Part shown: piece after piece, positions 1 to 9,313 of the stretch | Layout: every line of letters begins with the position of its first letter | How positions within the stretch are numbered: the first letter of the stretch is position 1 | Assembly: GCA_040772485.1 (NCBI GenBank) | Contig: JAXGYC010000007.1 | Span: 576,001-640,000 of the forward strand | Direction of reading: 5' to 3' | Length of the DNA stretch: 64,000 nt | Source: Sedimentisphaerales bacterium | GTDB lineage: Bacteria; Planctomycetota; Phycisphaerae; Sedimentisphaerales; Anaerobacaceae | Notes under the pieces: model-generated | Database searches by the model: none | Seen by the model: only the letters and a program-made list of their open reading frames with translations | Told to the model about the DNA's origin: nothing | Made by a program: the position numbers and the translations under genes

Positions 1-2
1 CC

Positions 3-2336
3 CTGCTGGACGTGCTGGCGACCGAAGTGGCCGGACCGCTGACGCCGAAACAGAAGGACCTCATCGCCCGCGCGAATCTGCGGTGCGAGGAAGGCGTCGC
101 CACCGTGCGTCGGATGCTCGCGATTGTCTCGGCGCTGAGTCGACGGGAGGAGATCGGCAGCGTCGTTGACGTCGCCGGCATCGTCCGCAGCGCCCGGACG
201 CGTTATGAGGAAAAGGCGATCGAGTACGCGCTGAGCTTCGTGGTGCAGACGGATGACGAATCGGTGTACGTCCGTGGCACAGAGCCGGCGCTGACGGAGG
301 TGCTGGATGCCCTGATCGACAACGCCTTCAAGTACACGCCGTCGCATGGCTACGTTCGCCTGACGCTGACAACCGACGCATCGGCGCGCCTCGTGCACCT
401 GTGCGTGGCCGATTCGGGCGTGGGCATTCCGGAGGGGATGCGCGAGAAGGTCTTCGAGCCGTTCTGCCGCACCGCAGCGGCGCGAAGCTCGACGCGAGGA
501 GGCAGCGGGCTGGGGTTATCGTTCGTCAAGGCCGTGGTGGAGGAGCTCGGCGGAACGGTCCAGGCGGGAAAGGCCGATCTCGGCGGCGCGAGGATCGACA
601 TCTGCCTGCCCATGGCGACGCCGAGTGAGATCGAGAGCGGCAAGGAAGCCGAGAGGTCCGACGGTGTGAAGGTGGTCATCGTTGGCGGCGTGGCCGCCGG
701 TCCCAAAGTCGCGGCCAAAGTGATCCGGCTGATCCCGCACGCCAACGTCACCGTGGTCGAGAAGGGCCAGTTCCTGTCGTACGCCGGCTGCGGCCTGCCC
801 TATTACATCTCGGGCCAGGTCAAGAACCATGCGGAGCTGATGAGCACGCCGATGGGAGCGCTGCGCGACGCCGTGTTCTTTCAGAGGGTCAAGAACGTCC
901 GCATCCTCAGCCGGACGGAGGCTACTGAAATCGACCGCGCCGCCAAGAGAATCCGCATCAAGGAACTCGGCGGTCAACGGGAATCGTACCTGGAGTACGA
1001 CAAGCTCGTGCTCGCCACGGGCGCTTCGCCCATTCGGCCGTCGATCCCCGGACACGACCTCGACAACATCTTCTGTCTCCACGGCGTGCAGGACGCCGAA
1101 GGGATCAAAGCGGTCCTCTCGGGTGACCGGGCCCGCGACGTGGTGATCGTCGGCGGCGGCCTGATCGGCATGGAGACGACCGAGGCGCTGGCCCGCAGTG
1201 GATGCCGCGTGACCATCGTCGAGATGCAGCCGCAGACGCTCGGCATCCTGGACGCGGAAATGGCGCGGCTCGTCGAGCTGCACCTCGAATCCAAGGGCGT
1301 CAAAGTGCTCACGAACACGAAGGTCCTGTCGTTTGAAGGCGACGGCAAGGTGCATCGCGTCGTAACGGATCGCGGAGTGCTGCCGGCCGATCTGGTCATC
1401 ATGGGCATTGGCGTTCGTCCGAACACCGCGCTGGCGCGAGCCGCTGGACTGGAGATCGGCGAAACGGGCGGGATCAAGGTTGACGAGCACATGCGGACGT
1501 CCGATCCGGACATCTACGCGGCCGGCGACTGCGTCGAGTGCACCGACATCCTCACCGGACGTCCGGCCTATGTCCCGCTCGGGTCCACCGCCAACAAGCA
1601 GGGACGCGTCGCCGCGGTCAACCTCTGCGGAGGGGAAGATTCCTTTCCCGGCATCCTCGGCAGCACGATCTGCAAGGTGTTCGACTACTGTGTCGCCCGC
1701 ACCGGCCTGACCGAGCGAGCCGCCAAGGACCTTGGCTACACGGTCACCGTCGCGATGGCGCCGGCCCCGGACCGGGCCAACTACCTGCCCACCGCCCGCA
1801 TGCTCCTGCTCAAGCTCGTGGTCGATCGTGACACACGACGGCTTCTCGGCGCTCAGGCCGTTGGACCGGGCGCAGGGGACAAGCGGATCGACGTGGCCGC
1901 CACGGCCATCGCCGCCGGAATGACCGTCGATCAGGTGGCGGGCCTCGACCTGGGCTACGCGCCGCCCTACTCGCCGGCGATGGACAACCTGATCACCGCC
2001 GCCAATGTCGCCAGGAACAAGCTGGACGGCCATATGGTCGGCGTCTCGGCGGCGGAGGTCCACCAGATGCTCCAGGACAAGAAGGATTTCGTCTTCCTCG
2101 ACGTGCGCACGCCCGGCGAGTACGACCAGGTGCGCCTGCCCGGCGCGACATTGATCCCGCTGGCTACGCTGCGCGGACGGATCGAGGAGATTCCCAAGGG
2201 CAAACCCATCGTGACGTTCGGCCAGATCTCGCTGCGCGGATACGAAGCGGCCCTGATCCTCCGCGCCTCCGGCTTCAACGACGTCCGCGTCCTGGACGGG
2301 GGCATTGCGATGTGGCCCTACGAGAGATTGCAGTAG
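3..2336 (+). CDS. Sensor histidine kinase (HATPase_c) fused to CoA-disulfide reductase/NADH oxidase-family flavoprotein with C-terminal rhodanese domain; 5' end outside the window
   Basis: Frame open from position 3. N box LIDNAFKYT, G1 DSGVGIP, F box VFEPF, G2 GGSGLGL; then FAD motif VVIVGGVAAG, redox Cys SYAGCGLPY, NADH motif VIVGGGLIG, IYAAGDC, YAPPYS, rhodanese FLDVRTPGEY...LDGGIAMW. Confidence 0.9.
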   Translation: MLDVLATEVAGPLTPKQKDLIARANLRCEEGVATVRRMLAIVSALSRREEIGSVVDVAGIVRSARTRYEEKAIEYALSFVVQTDDESVYVRGTEPALTEVLDALIDNAFKYTPSHGYVRLTLTTDASARLVHLCVADSGVGIPEGMREKVFEPFCRTAAARSSTRGGSGLGLSFVKAVVEELGGTVQAGKADLGGARIDICLPMATPSEIESGKEAERSDGVKVVIVGGVAAGPKVAAKVIRLIPHANVTVVEKGQFLSYAGCGLPYYISGQVKNHAELMSTPMGALRDAVFFQRVKNVRILSRTEATEIDRAAKRIRIKELGGQRESYLEYDKLVLATGASPIRPSIPGHDLDNIFCLHGVQDAEGIKAVLSGDRARDVVIVGGGLIGMETTEALARSGCRVTIVEMQPQTLGILDAEMARLVELHLESKGVKVLTNTKVLSFEGDGKVHRVVTDRGVLPADLVIMGIGVRPNTALARAAGLEIGETGGIKVDEHMRTSDPDIYAAGDCVECTDILTGRPAYVPLGSTANKQGRVAAVNLCGGEDSFPGILGSTICKVFDYCVARTGLTERAAKDLGYTVTVAMAPAPDRANYLPTARMLLLKLVVDRDTRRLLGAQAVGPGAGDKRIDVAATAIAAGMTVDQVAGLDLGYAPPYSPAMDNLITAANVARNKLDGHMVGVSAAEVHQMLQDKKDFVFLDVRTPGEYDQVRLPGATLIPLATLRGRIEEIPKGKPIVTFGQISLRGYEAALILRASGFNDVRVLDGGIAMWPYERLQ

Positions 2337-2339
2337 CCA

Positions 2340-3566
2340 ATGGCGGAAATGAGAGGCCTTTCGATGCTCCGACAATGCGTGGTTCTTCTGTTGATCCTGG
2401 TCGCTAAGACGGAAGCGACAGCGGGTCAAGCCGGTGCGTCTGATTCCCTGTCCGAAGCGGTCCAGTGGCTTGAAACGGAGGCGCATCGCATCATCCGCGC
2501 CTCGATGCGCACGATGGCTGACGGCACGGCGGCGTTCCCGCCTCAGGTGGGCATCGGCTACGAGGCATTCTGGCTGCGCGACTATGAGTACACCCTGGAA
2601 GGGTCCGTCGATTCCTATTCCGACAAGGAGCTGACCGACGCCTGCCGGCTCTTCGTGCGCAGCCTGGACGCCGACGGCGCCGGCGTCGACTGCATCAAGT
2701 TCGACGGCACACCGATCTACAAGCCCGGCTTCGGTTCCATGGGCGTTCATCCCGTGGCGGACGGCTCACCGTTCACCGTGGCCGTCGCCTGGCACACCCA
2801 CCGAAAGACCAGGGATGCACAACTCCTCGCAGAGATCATCGAGCCGCTCGTCAAGACGATGAGCGCCGTCCCGCGTAATCCCGACACGGGCCTCGTCCAC
2901 ATCGCCCCGGGCGAGCCGCAGGAGCGATGCCCTTACGGCTTCACCGACACGATCCGCAAGCAGGGAGATGTGTTGTTTTGCTCGCTGCTGTACGTCCAGG
3001 CGTGCCGCCAGCTTTCCGATCTGCTGAGGGCCGCCGGACGCGATGCCGACGCCAAACACTGGAGGGCGGAAGGCGAGCGCGTGACACAGAGCGTCCGCCG
3101 GGTCTTCTGGGATGGACAGGTCGGCCTGTTCCGCGCTGCGACGGCGTGCTGCCGCGAGCACGACATCTGGGGTTCGGCCTTCGCCGTCTACCTCGCGGTC
3201 GCCGACGCCGAGCAGTCGCAGGCCGTCGCGAAGTACTTCCGCGATCACTACAACGAGATCGTCCAAGCTGGCCAGATTCGCCACCTGCCCGGCGGCGTCT
3301 ACTGGGAGAAGGCGGTCTGTGATCGCGACACGTACCAGAACGGCGCCTACTGGGCGACGCCCGCTGGATGGTTCGTCTACACGCTCGATCTGGCCGACCC
3401 GGCCCTGGCCGACCGGACGGTGATCGATCTGGTCCGCGACTTCCAGTCCGGCGGCGCCTGCGAATGGATTCTCGGCGACAGACGCCAGCTTCCGAACTAT
3501 CTGGCCAGCGCCACCCTGCCCCTGGCGGGCATCCGCCCAATGATGGAACGCCGGATCGGGCCATGA
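2340..3566 (+). CDS. Secreted six-hairpin (alpha/alpha)6 glycosidase-like protein
   Basis: Signal peptide-like N-terminus (start may be the ATG at 2364), FWLRDY motif, YGFTD, YQNGAYW; starts 3 bp after the upstream stop. Confidence 0.7.
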   Translation: MAEMRGLSMLRQCVVLLLILVAKTEATAGQAGASDSLSEAVQWLETEAHRIIRASMRTMADGTAAFPPQVGIGYEAFWLRDYEYTLEGSVDSYSDKELTDACRLFVRSLDADGAGVDCIKFDGTPIYKPGFGSMGVHPVADGSPFTVAVAWHTHRKTRDAQLLAEIIEPLVKTMSAVPRNPDTGLVHIAPGEPQERCPYGFTDTIRKQGDVLFCSLLYVQACRQLSDLLRAAGRDADAKHWRAEGERVTQSVRRVFWDGQVGLFRAATACCREHDIWGSAFAVYLAVADAEQSQAVAKYFRDHYNEIVQAGQIRHLPGGVYWEKAVCDRDTYQNGAYWATPAGWFVYTLDLADPALADRTVIDLVRDFQSGGACEWILGDRRQLPNYLASATLPLAGIRPMMERRIGP

Positions 3567-3628
3567 ATCCTTCCAGCCTGCACCAAACAGGAGTAGCAAG
3601 AACCGCAAACACCGATGGAGATCAAACC

Positions 3629-4354
3629 ATGAAGACCAGAGTGAAGATTCTGCTGTGCGTCGCTATGCTGATGCAATCCGTGGCCTGGGCCGAGGGCGTC
3701 GAATTGCCCCAGTTTCGTCCACTGTTCAACGGCGCCGACCTGACCGGCTGGGTCAACGTCAACACCGCTGCGGAAACCTGGAGCGTTCGTGACGGCATGA
3801 TCGTTTGTAGCGGGCACCCCATCGGCGTGATGCGCAGCGATCGGCAGTACGAGAACTTCCTCCTGCACATCGAATGGCGGCACATGGAGGCGGGTGGCAA
3901 CTCCGGCGTCTTCGTCTGGAGCGAGGGAACCGTCCCCGAAGGCCAGCAGCTTCCCAAGGGCATGGAAGTCCAGATGCTCGAGCTTGACTGGGTCAACCAG
4001 CACAAGCGGCCGGACGGCTCACTGCCGCCCATCGCGTACGTCCACGGCGAGCTGTTCGGCGCCGGGGGACTGGAGGCCACGCCCGACAACCCGCGTGGCG
4101 ACCGGAGCAAGTCCCTTGAGAACCGCTGCAAGGGCAAGGGCGAGTGGAACGTCTACGATGTCGTCTGCGTCGACGGCACGGTCAAGCTGGCGGTCAACGG
4201 CAAGTTCGTCAACAGCATCCGCAATTCTTCCGTCAGGAAAGGCTATCTCTGCCTGGAGTCCGAGGGCGCCGAGATCCACTTTCGCAACATCTGGATCCTC
4301 GAACTGCCGCCGGGCATCACCACAGCCGAAAACTCCGCTCCGGTCGTGCGGTAG
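3629..4354 (+). CDS. DUF1080 / 3-keto-disaccharide hydrolase family protein
   Basis: GGAG upstream of ATG 3629, signal peptide, [47 protein letters not shown]. Confidence 0.9.
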   Translation: MKTRVKILLCVAMLMQSVAWAEGVELPQFRPLFNGADLTGWVNVNTAAETWSVRDGMIVCSGHPIGVMRSDRQYENFLLHIEWRHMEAGGNSGVFVWSEGTVPEGQQLPKGMEVQMLELDWVNQHKRPDGSLPPIAYVHGELFGAGGLEATPDNPRGDRSKSLENRCKGKGEWNVYDVVCVDGTVKLAVNGKFVNSIRNSSVRKGYLCLESEGAEIHFRNIWILELPPGITTAENSAPVVR

Positions 4355-4360
4355 CGGTTC

Positions 4361-4381
4361 GTAGTGTGCCCGTAAGGGCAT
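4361..4381. repeat. REP-like hairpin family B (GTAGTGTGCCC-GTAA-GGGCAT), copy 1
   Basis: Same sequence at 49852-49876 and, inverted and interrupted, at 43929-43975. Confidence 0.75.
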
Positions 4382-4382
4382 C

Positions 4383-4410
4383 GGACCCATACGACCGATA
4401 GGACCTACAG
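4383..4410. repeat. Degenerate 9-bp tandem repeat (gacccatac/gaccgatag/gacctacag)
   Basis: Three adjacent imperfect nonamers in a convergent intergenic region. Confidence 0.5.
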
Positions 4411-4451
4411 GCCATTCTCTGAAGTCTTCGCGAACAGCTTATCGGCAGAGG

Positions 4452-4479
4452 GTAGGGGCGAATAATCATTCGCCCCTAC
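4452..4479. repeat. GTAG-type REP palindrome family A (GTAGGGGCGAATAATCATTCGCCCCTAC)
   Basis: 28-bp palindrome; related copies start at 7015, 32936, 33013, 36982, 43900, 45008, 49907; loop variants at 21415, 32149. Confidence 0.85.
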
Positions 4480-4493
4480 GGGGATGCCTCGAC

Positions 4494-5408
4494 TCAAAGG
4501 TTCAAGACGATGTCGATTCCGGTAATCGCGTTTGCCTGACTGACAGGCAGCCGACGCTCCTGGGGCTTCTGCCAGCTCGTGACGTCTCCCTGCGCCGCCG
4601 CGAACTGAGCCAAGGCCCTCCAAAGACGCCGGCCGGGAATGAGTTGAGCTTCCGCAATGAGCGGGACGCGCGGCACATTCGCCGGGTCCTGGCGGAAGCC
4701 TTCGGCCTGGACGCGGATTTCGACCTGGGTCTGCAGGGCGCCGGGGGCGTCGAGACTGCCCCCGTTGAGGTAGCCGGCAACGCGGTAGAGACTCACCGGC
4801 TCGAATCCCGTCAACACGTAGAAGCCGTTGGTGCCGGAGACCGCTCCTCTCGTTTCGGGGACCCCCACCTCGGACATCGGGACGAGCGTTCCGGTCACTT
4901 TCGCTGCGACAATGGGCCGGCCGTTCGGATCGACGATCCGGCCGGAAACCGTGATGAACTCCCCGTGCAGAACCAGAGGAACCGTCTTGTCGCACTGCGT
5001 CGCCCTCGGCGCCGACTGCCTCGGTTTGCCTTCGGAGTCGATCATCACGGCGTAGATGTTGTAGTATCCGACTGGCAGGCCTGTGAACGCGTACCGACCG
5101 TGGGAATCGGTCACGGTGGTTCGTTTGGTTTCCCGGCTTGCGACCGTGACCGTCGCGCCTGACGCCGGCTGCCCTCCGAGAACCTCGCGGAAGACCTGCG
5201 TGGCCTCCTTCTGCGATTTGCAGTTGGCGAGCTTCTCGCATTTCTCGGGCGAGCAGTCCGGCGTTGCGTCCACAACCGTGCCCTTGATCGTGCCCGTCCC
5301 GCGTGGTACCTCCCGGCCCGATGTGCCGGCGACGAGCAGAAGGCTGAGTACAAACACGACGCCGGCTTCTGACATGGTGACACGATACGAACTGATATGC
5401 GATCGCAT
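4494..5408 (-). CDS. Exported carboxypeptidase regulatory-like (transthyretin-fold) domain protein
   Basis: GGAGAG before ATG 5408, hydrophobic signal, two repeats GTIKGTVVD...TDSHGRYAFTGLPVGYY and VSGRIVDPNGRPIVAAKV...GTNGFYVL. Confidence 0.75.
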   Translation of the reverse strand: MRSHISSYRVTMSEAGVVFVLSLLLVAGTSGREVPRGTGTIKGTVVDATPDCSPEKCEKLANCKSQKEATQVFREVLGGQPASGATVTVASRETKRTTVTDSHGRYAFTGLPVGYYNIYAVMIDSEGKPRQSAPRATQCDKTVPLVLHGEFITVSGRIVDPNGRPIVAAKVTGTLVPMSEVGVPETRGAVSGTNGFYVLTGFEPVSLYRVAGYLNGGSLDAPGALQTQVEIRVQAEGFRQDPANVPRVPLIAEAQLIPGRRLWRALAQFAAAQGDVTSWQKPQERRLPVSQANAITGIDIVLNL

Positions 5409-5437
5409 GGCAATCTCTCCCCTGACACGTCGAGGTG

Positions 5438-5824
5438 TCAATGCAGTTCCAAGACGACTTTCATCAGGCCCGCCAGCACCCAGATCACCAGCGACGGCAC
5501 AGCCAGCGCGATCGCGGTGCACCGCAGCCAGCGACTGACGCCCAAGTACGAGCCGGCCAGCGCGAACGTCAGGATCACCGTCAGGCATCGGGCAAACAAG
5601 GCGTACTGAGGCGACCACACGCTCACCGGATGCGGATTGGGCGGCAGCGTCTGGCTCCAGGGCCCCATCAGCGGCGCCACGAACGCGTTCGAATGGCTGA
5701 TGCCTCCCGGCTGGGCCGCGAAGGACAAAAGCACGCCACAACACGCCGCCAGAAGGCACACACCGCCGTAGACGATCGAGAGAAGGAAAATGCCGCGTTT
5801 GGAAGAGACGAGCGTTTCGTCCAT
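5438..5824 (-). CDS. Small hypothetical membrane protein (about 3 TM segments)
   Basis: Three hydrophobic stretches, purine-rich RBS, sigma70-like promoter upstream. Confidence 0.65.
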   Translation of the reverse strand: MDETLVSSKRGIFLLSIVYGGVCLLAACCGVLLSFAAQPGGISHSNAFVAPLMGPWSQTLPPNPHPVSVWSPQYALFARCLTVILTFALAGSYLGVSRWLRCTAIALAVPSLVIWVLAGLMKVVLELH

Positions 5825-5930
5825 GACCTGCCCTGCCTTTCTCTCGCCTGGGTCGATGGTTGTTCGACCGCCGCACTGGTTCTTCCCGCCGGAGCCGCCG
5901 CACTGTTCTCGCCCGGCGTCCGCGCGACCG

Positions 5931-5959
5931 AGACTATCAACACCGGGACCGGGTGTCAA
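5931..5959 (-). promoter_or_regulatory. Sigma70-type promoter TTGACA-N17-TAGTCT
   Basis: Perfect -35 at 5959-5954, 17-bp spacer, -10-like TAGTCT at 5936-5931, about 110 bp upstream of the CDS at 5824. Confidence 0.6.
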
Positions 5960-6037
5960 CCGATTCTCGCAGCGCAGGACCGCAGCGTACGTGCAGATTG
6001 CAGGGCACCGGCATTCCTGAGCCATTAGAGCGTCCTT

Positions 6038-6149
6038 GTGGCATCCTCAAGTCCGCAGGACTTGGGGATGGCCGGAAGGGTCGGCGTATCTGGATGTGCA
6101 AGGCCAAATCGTGTCCGCCATCCCCAAGGCTACGCCTTGAGGCTGCCAC
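6038..6149. repeat. GTGGCA...TGCCAC REP doublet (REPIN-like), family C
   Basis: gtggcatcctcaag-tccgcagga-cttggggatggc (6038-6072) and inverted partner gccatccccaag-gctacgc-cttgaggctgccac (6117-6149). Confidence 0.75.
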
Positions 6150-6201
6150 ACGCCTGCCAGGATGTTCTCAAACGGACAGCATGCAGATTGTCCCCAGAAG
6201 G

Positions 6202-6930
6202 CTACTTCGAATCGGAGGGATGCCATTCGTATTCAGGCTTGATCCGACGCTTCTTCATCTCCGAGTAGACCTCCATGCCGTTGGGGTCAATCTCGTCGAT
6301 GAACGTCTCATAGATGTCCAGGATCGCCTCAAACGTCCAGCGGTAGAAATGCCCCGTTGTGGTTAGCGTGACCAGCCCGTACTGGCGGAATTCACGCATG
6401 GCCTTTCGCTCGGCGGCCTCGAACGAACGGGCCTGTACAAGCAGTATCCGATCTTCATAGTCCTGCATCCCCTGGGTCAGGCCTTCATCTTGGATAACGA
6501 AGCGAGCCTTCACAGCAAACCACGCCGGTTCGCTCCTGGTCTGCCGTTTGCGCCGCTTGCCCTCGATCCGCAGGATGTTCAATCCGCCGACACAGCGAAG
6601 GTCGAGAAGCGGACGCAGTTTCCTGGCCGGCACAGTGACACGCATGGCCACGGGGTCGCCATTGAGATACTCAGTTTCAAACTGGTATTGCGACATTCTG
6701 GCAGAGAGACTCTCGTACTGACGGACGTGCCATGCGTAAACTCCGGCTCGGCGCTCTTCGGGTGACTTCGCCAGCAGCTTGCGGAAGCGCGCCGGCCCCG
6801 GGTACAAGTCGGGACACGTGGGAATGCTCAACTTGACCCGAACCGGCGTCGCCCCCAGCCGCCGGAATTCGTCTGGCGTAATCCCGTATTTCTCCAATTC
6901 AAAAACAAGCATTCTCTTCGGGTGCAACAC
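6202..6930 (-). CDS. DUF4288 domain-containing protein with N-terminal extension
   Basis: C-terminal WFAVK...YEDRILLVQARSFEAAERKA...GMEVYSEM pattern; GTG 6930 preceded by AAGGGGA. Confidence 0.7.
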   Translation of the reverse strand: MLHPKRMLVFELEKYGITPDEFRRLGATPVRVKLSIPTCPDLYPGPARFRKLLAKSPEERRAGVYAWHVRQYESLSARMSQYQFETEYLNGDPVAMRVTVPARKLRPLLDLRCVGGLNILRIEGKRRKRQTRSEPAWFAVKARFVIQDEGLTQGMQDYEDRILLVQARSFEAAERKAMREFRQYGLVTLTTTGHFYRWTFEAILDIYETFIDEIDPNGMEVYSEMKKRRIKPEYEWHPSDSK

Positions 6931-7004
6931 GGTCGATTCCCCTTCTGAATTCGTTCCGCAATCCTCAATCTGGCATCTGCTGCAAAGACGGTCCCGGGAT
7001 CTTC

Positions 7005-7053
7005 CCATCCCCAAGCAGGGGTGAATCACCATTCGCCCCTACGAGGCTGCCAC
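7005..7053. repeat. Family C REP whose loop is replaced by a family A REP (nested)
   Basis: ccatccccaag[caggggtgaatcaccattcgcccctac]gaggctgccac versus the intact copy at 6118-6149. Confidence 0.7.
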
Positions 7054-7063
7054 CCGGCACGGG

Positions 7064-9313
7064 TCAGGGGTCGCAGGGGAACTGCTCCCAGAGCAGGCGG
7101 GGATAGGTTTGGCCTTCGCAGATGGTCCAGGTCTTGGCGAAGTCCCAGTCGACAAAGCTGGCCTGCTGTTTCATCTGTTCGTCGGTCAAGGACGTGCCGA
7201 GGCCGTTGCCCGATGCTCCACCGGTGGCCAGAAAGTAGCTATCGGCGATCAGCGAGAACTGCATATCCCTGCCCACGAGCGGCCCGGCGTATCGACTATC
7301 TTCGGCGCTGGTCACGTGACCTGCGGCATAGCAGCCCGAAACAATCCCGGCGTAGTTCAAGCCCACCAGGCCGCCGGCTCGGCAGTCCGCTGGGCCCCCC
7401 GAGACGCCGGCGGTCGCGTAGCTGTCGGCGACAATGCCCTCGCGATTCGCGCCCATGATGCCGCCGATAGCAAGAGTGCCCGGACCGGCCCAGACGAGCC
7501 CGGTCACATAGCAGGAGACGATCGTTCCTGCGTTGTTGCCGGCCAAGCCGCCGACGCTGGTAACGTCGCCCTCGGCGACAACCGACACATTGTCCAGGCC
7601 CAGATCGTAGACCCACGCGCCGCTCTCGATGCGTCCGAACAGCCCCAGATCGCCGGCCGCATCGCCCTCGATGGCCAGATTCGCGATGCGATGCCCGTTG
7701 CCGTTGAAGTATCCGCGCAGGACCGGAATCGGGGCGCGCATCCAAGTGATGCCCGTCAGGTCGATATCGCCGACGAGCTTGTACCAGGCGTACCGGCTGT
7801 ACCGCGCGACGGCGCCCAAGTCTTCCGCTGTGCCGATCACATAGGGCTCGTACGAACTGCCCACACCCTCGAGCGCGTGCAGCTCATTCGGATCGCCGAA
7901 GGCGGCCAGTTGCGGATATCCGCCCTCGTCGGCCATCCGCCACGTGTCGGCGGTGCCGTCCGACCGCGCGCCCGCCAAGTCCCATCGCGCTGTTCGGAAA
8001 GTCTCCACGTCGTGCATCTGCGCCGTGGTCAAGCCGACTCCGGCGGCGCTCTGCGAAGCACCGCTCGCCTGCCGGTCCCAGAAACAACGTGTGACGCGCA
8101 CACGCCGGCCGCTCTCGATAGTTCCGATCAACCCTCCGCGATCGTAAGCGGCGCCGTTCCGCAGAAGACGGCCGGTCGCGTAGCAGTTCATCACATCGCC
8201 TGCGGTGCTGACTCGCCCGATCAGCCCGCCGAGCGAGCGGCTGGCCGAGCCGCCCGTGACAGCGCCCATCGCATAGCTGTCAACAGCCAGCCCGCCGGTC
8301 AGCGAGCCGACCAGGCCACCTAAGCTGTGGCTGCCATTGAAGGCGGTTACATCGCCGGTTGCGTAGCAGTCGCTGGCCTCGCATTGGAGACGCCCGACGA
8401 ATCCTCCCATATCGCGGCAGCCCGCGCCTGCCGTCACACCACCGCTGGCATAGCAGAAGACAATCGAAGCATTCGAATCGGCGCTGCCGACAAGCCCTCC
8501 GAAGCTCCAGCACCCGTCCGAGGCCGTGACGGAGCCGGCCGCATGGCTGTTCTCAACGGCGCCGCCCAGACATCCGCCCACCAAGCCGCCGGCGTCGAAG
8601 CTATTGCGTCCGACGAGTATGTCGCCGGTCGCCCCGCAATTGGCGATGCGGCCGCGATGTAGACCCGCCAGTCCGCCGAGCAGAAAGCTTCGCTCGCCGG
8701 CTGTCACCGTCACCGCCGCACTGCAACCCCCGATGCCCCCTTCGTTGACCCCGACCAGGCCGCCGACCCAGTTGCTTTCCTCGGGACACCGAATCGTGCC
8801 GGTCGCGTTACAGTTGACAAGCGAGCCCCTGTTGGAGCCCGCCAGGGCGCCGGCGCGCCCGGGCCCTTCGATCGAGACGTTCTCGATACGGAGATCGTAG
8901 ACGCGTCCACCCTCTCCGACCGCGCCGAACAGCCCCAGGTGCTGGCCCGTTCCGGTGCGGATTGTCAGATTTCGGATCGTGTGACCATCGCCATAGAAGC
9001 GTCCGACAAAGGCCGGGTACGGCGAGGCGTTTGGGGTCCCATCGTGCGCGATCACCGCTCCATCGAATCCGCCTGCGGCGGACCCGCCGGGCAGGTTCGG
9101 ATCGAGGTCCAGATCCTCGACGAGCAGGAAGTGCTTGCTTAGCAAGTCCGCATCGTCGCCAATCGAGACGAGTTGCTCGACGGTGGCAATGCGATAGGGA
9201 TCGCCCGCCTCGCCGGTTCCGCCGGCGAACTCGGCGCCCTTCGCGCTCCAGGAGAACCAGGCAACCAGCAGCACGCCGCAGCAGAATGTTCGAAACGCCC
9301 GCGCACGCATCAT
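7064..9313 (-). CDS. Secreted GLUG-motif (beta-helix) protein
   Basis: Signal peptide; FAGGTGEAGDPYRIAT; many GGLVG/GGLAG repeats with NCYATG; two modules, ending AGVGLTTAQM and GTSLTDEQM...WDF. Confidence 0.9.
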   Translation of the reverse strand: MMRARAFRTFCCGVLLVAWFSWSAKGAEFAGGTGEAGDPYRIATVEQLVSIGDDADLLSKHFLLVEDLDLDPNLPGGSAAGGFDGAVIAHDGTPNASPYPAFVGRFYGDGHTIRNLTIRTGTGQHLGLFGAVGEGGRVYDLRIENVSIEGPGRAGALAGSNRGSLVNCNATGTIRCPEESNWVGGLVGVNEGGIGGCSAAVTVTAGERSFLLGGLAGLHRGRIANCGATGDILVGRNSFDAGGLVGGCLGGAVENSHAAGSVTASDGCWSFGGLVGSADSNASIVFCYASGGVTAGAGCRDMGGFVGRLQCEASDCYATGDVTAFNGSHSLGGLVGSLTGGLAVDSYAMGAVTGGSASRSLGGLIGRVSTAGDVMNCYATGRLLRNGAAYDRGGLIGTIESGRRVRVTRCFWDRQASGASQSAAGVGLTTAQMHDVETFRTARWDLAGARSDGTADTWRMADEGGYPQLAAFGDPNELHALEGVGSSYEPYVIGTAEDLGAVARYSRYAWYKLVGDIDLTGITWMRAPIPVLRGYFNGNGHRIANLAIEGDAAGDLGLFGRIESGAWVYDLGLDNVSVVAEGDVTSVGGLAGNNAGTIVSCYVTGLVWAGPGTLAIGGIMGANREGIVADSYATAGVSGGPADCRAGGLVGLNYAGIVSGCYAAGHVTSAEDSRYAGPLVGRDMQFSLIADSYFLATGGASGNGLGTSLTDEQMKQQASFVDWDFAKTWTICEGQTYPRLLWEQFPCDP
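9068..9082. repeat. 15-bp palindrome TCCGCCTGCGGCGGA (family D), in frame inside the GLUG gene (SAAGG)
   Basis: Identical 15-mer in intergenic DNA at 32897-32911 and 48827-48841. Confidence 0.7.

Noticed and set aside
4440..7060. Short co-oriented genes separated by palindromes as an integron cassette array
   Set aside because: No RYYYAAC...GTTRRRY attC boxes after the stop codons and no integrase; the palindromes match REP families found elsewhere in the window
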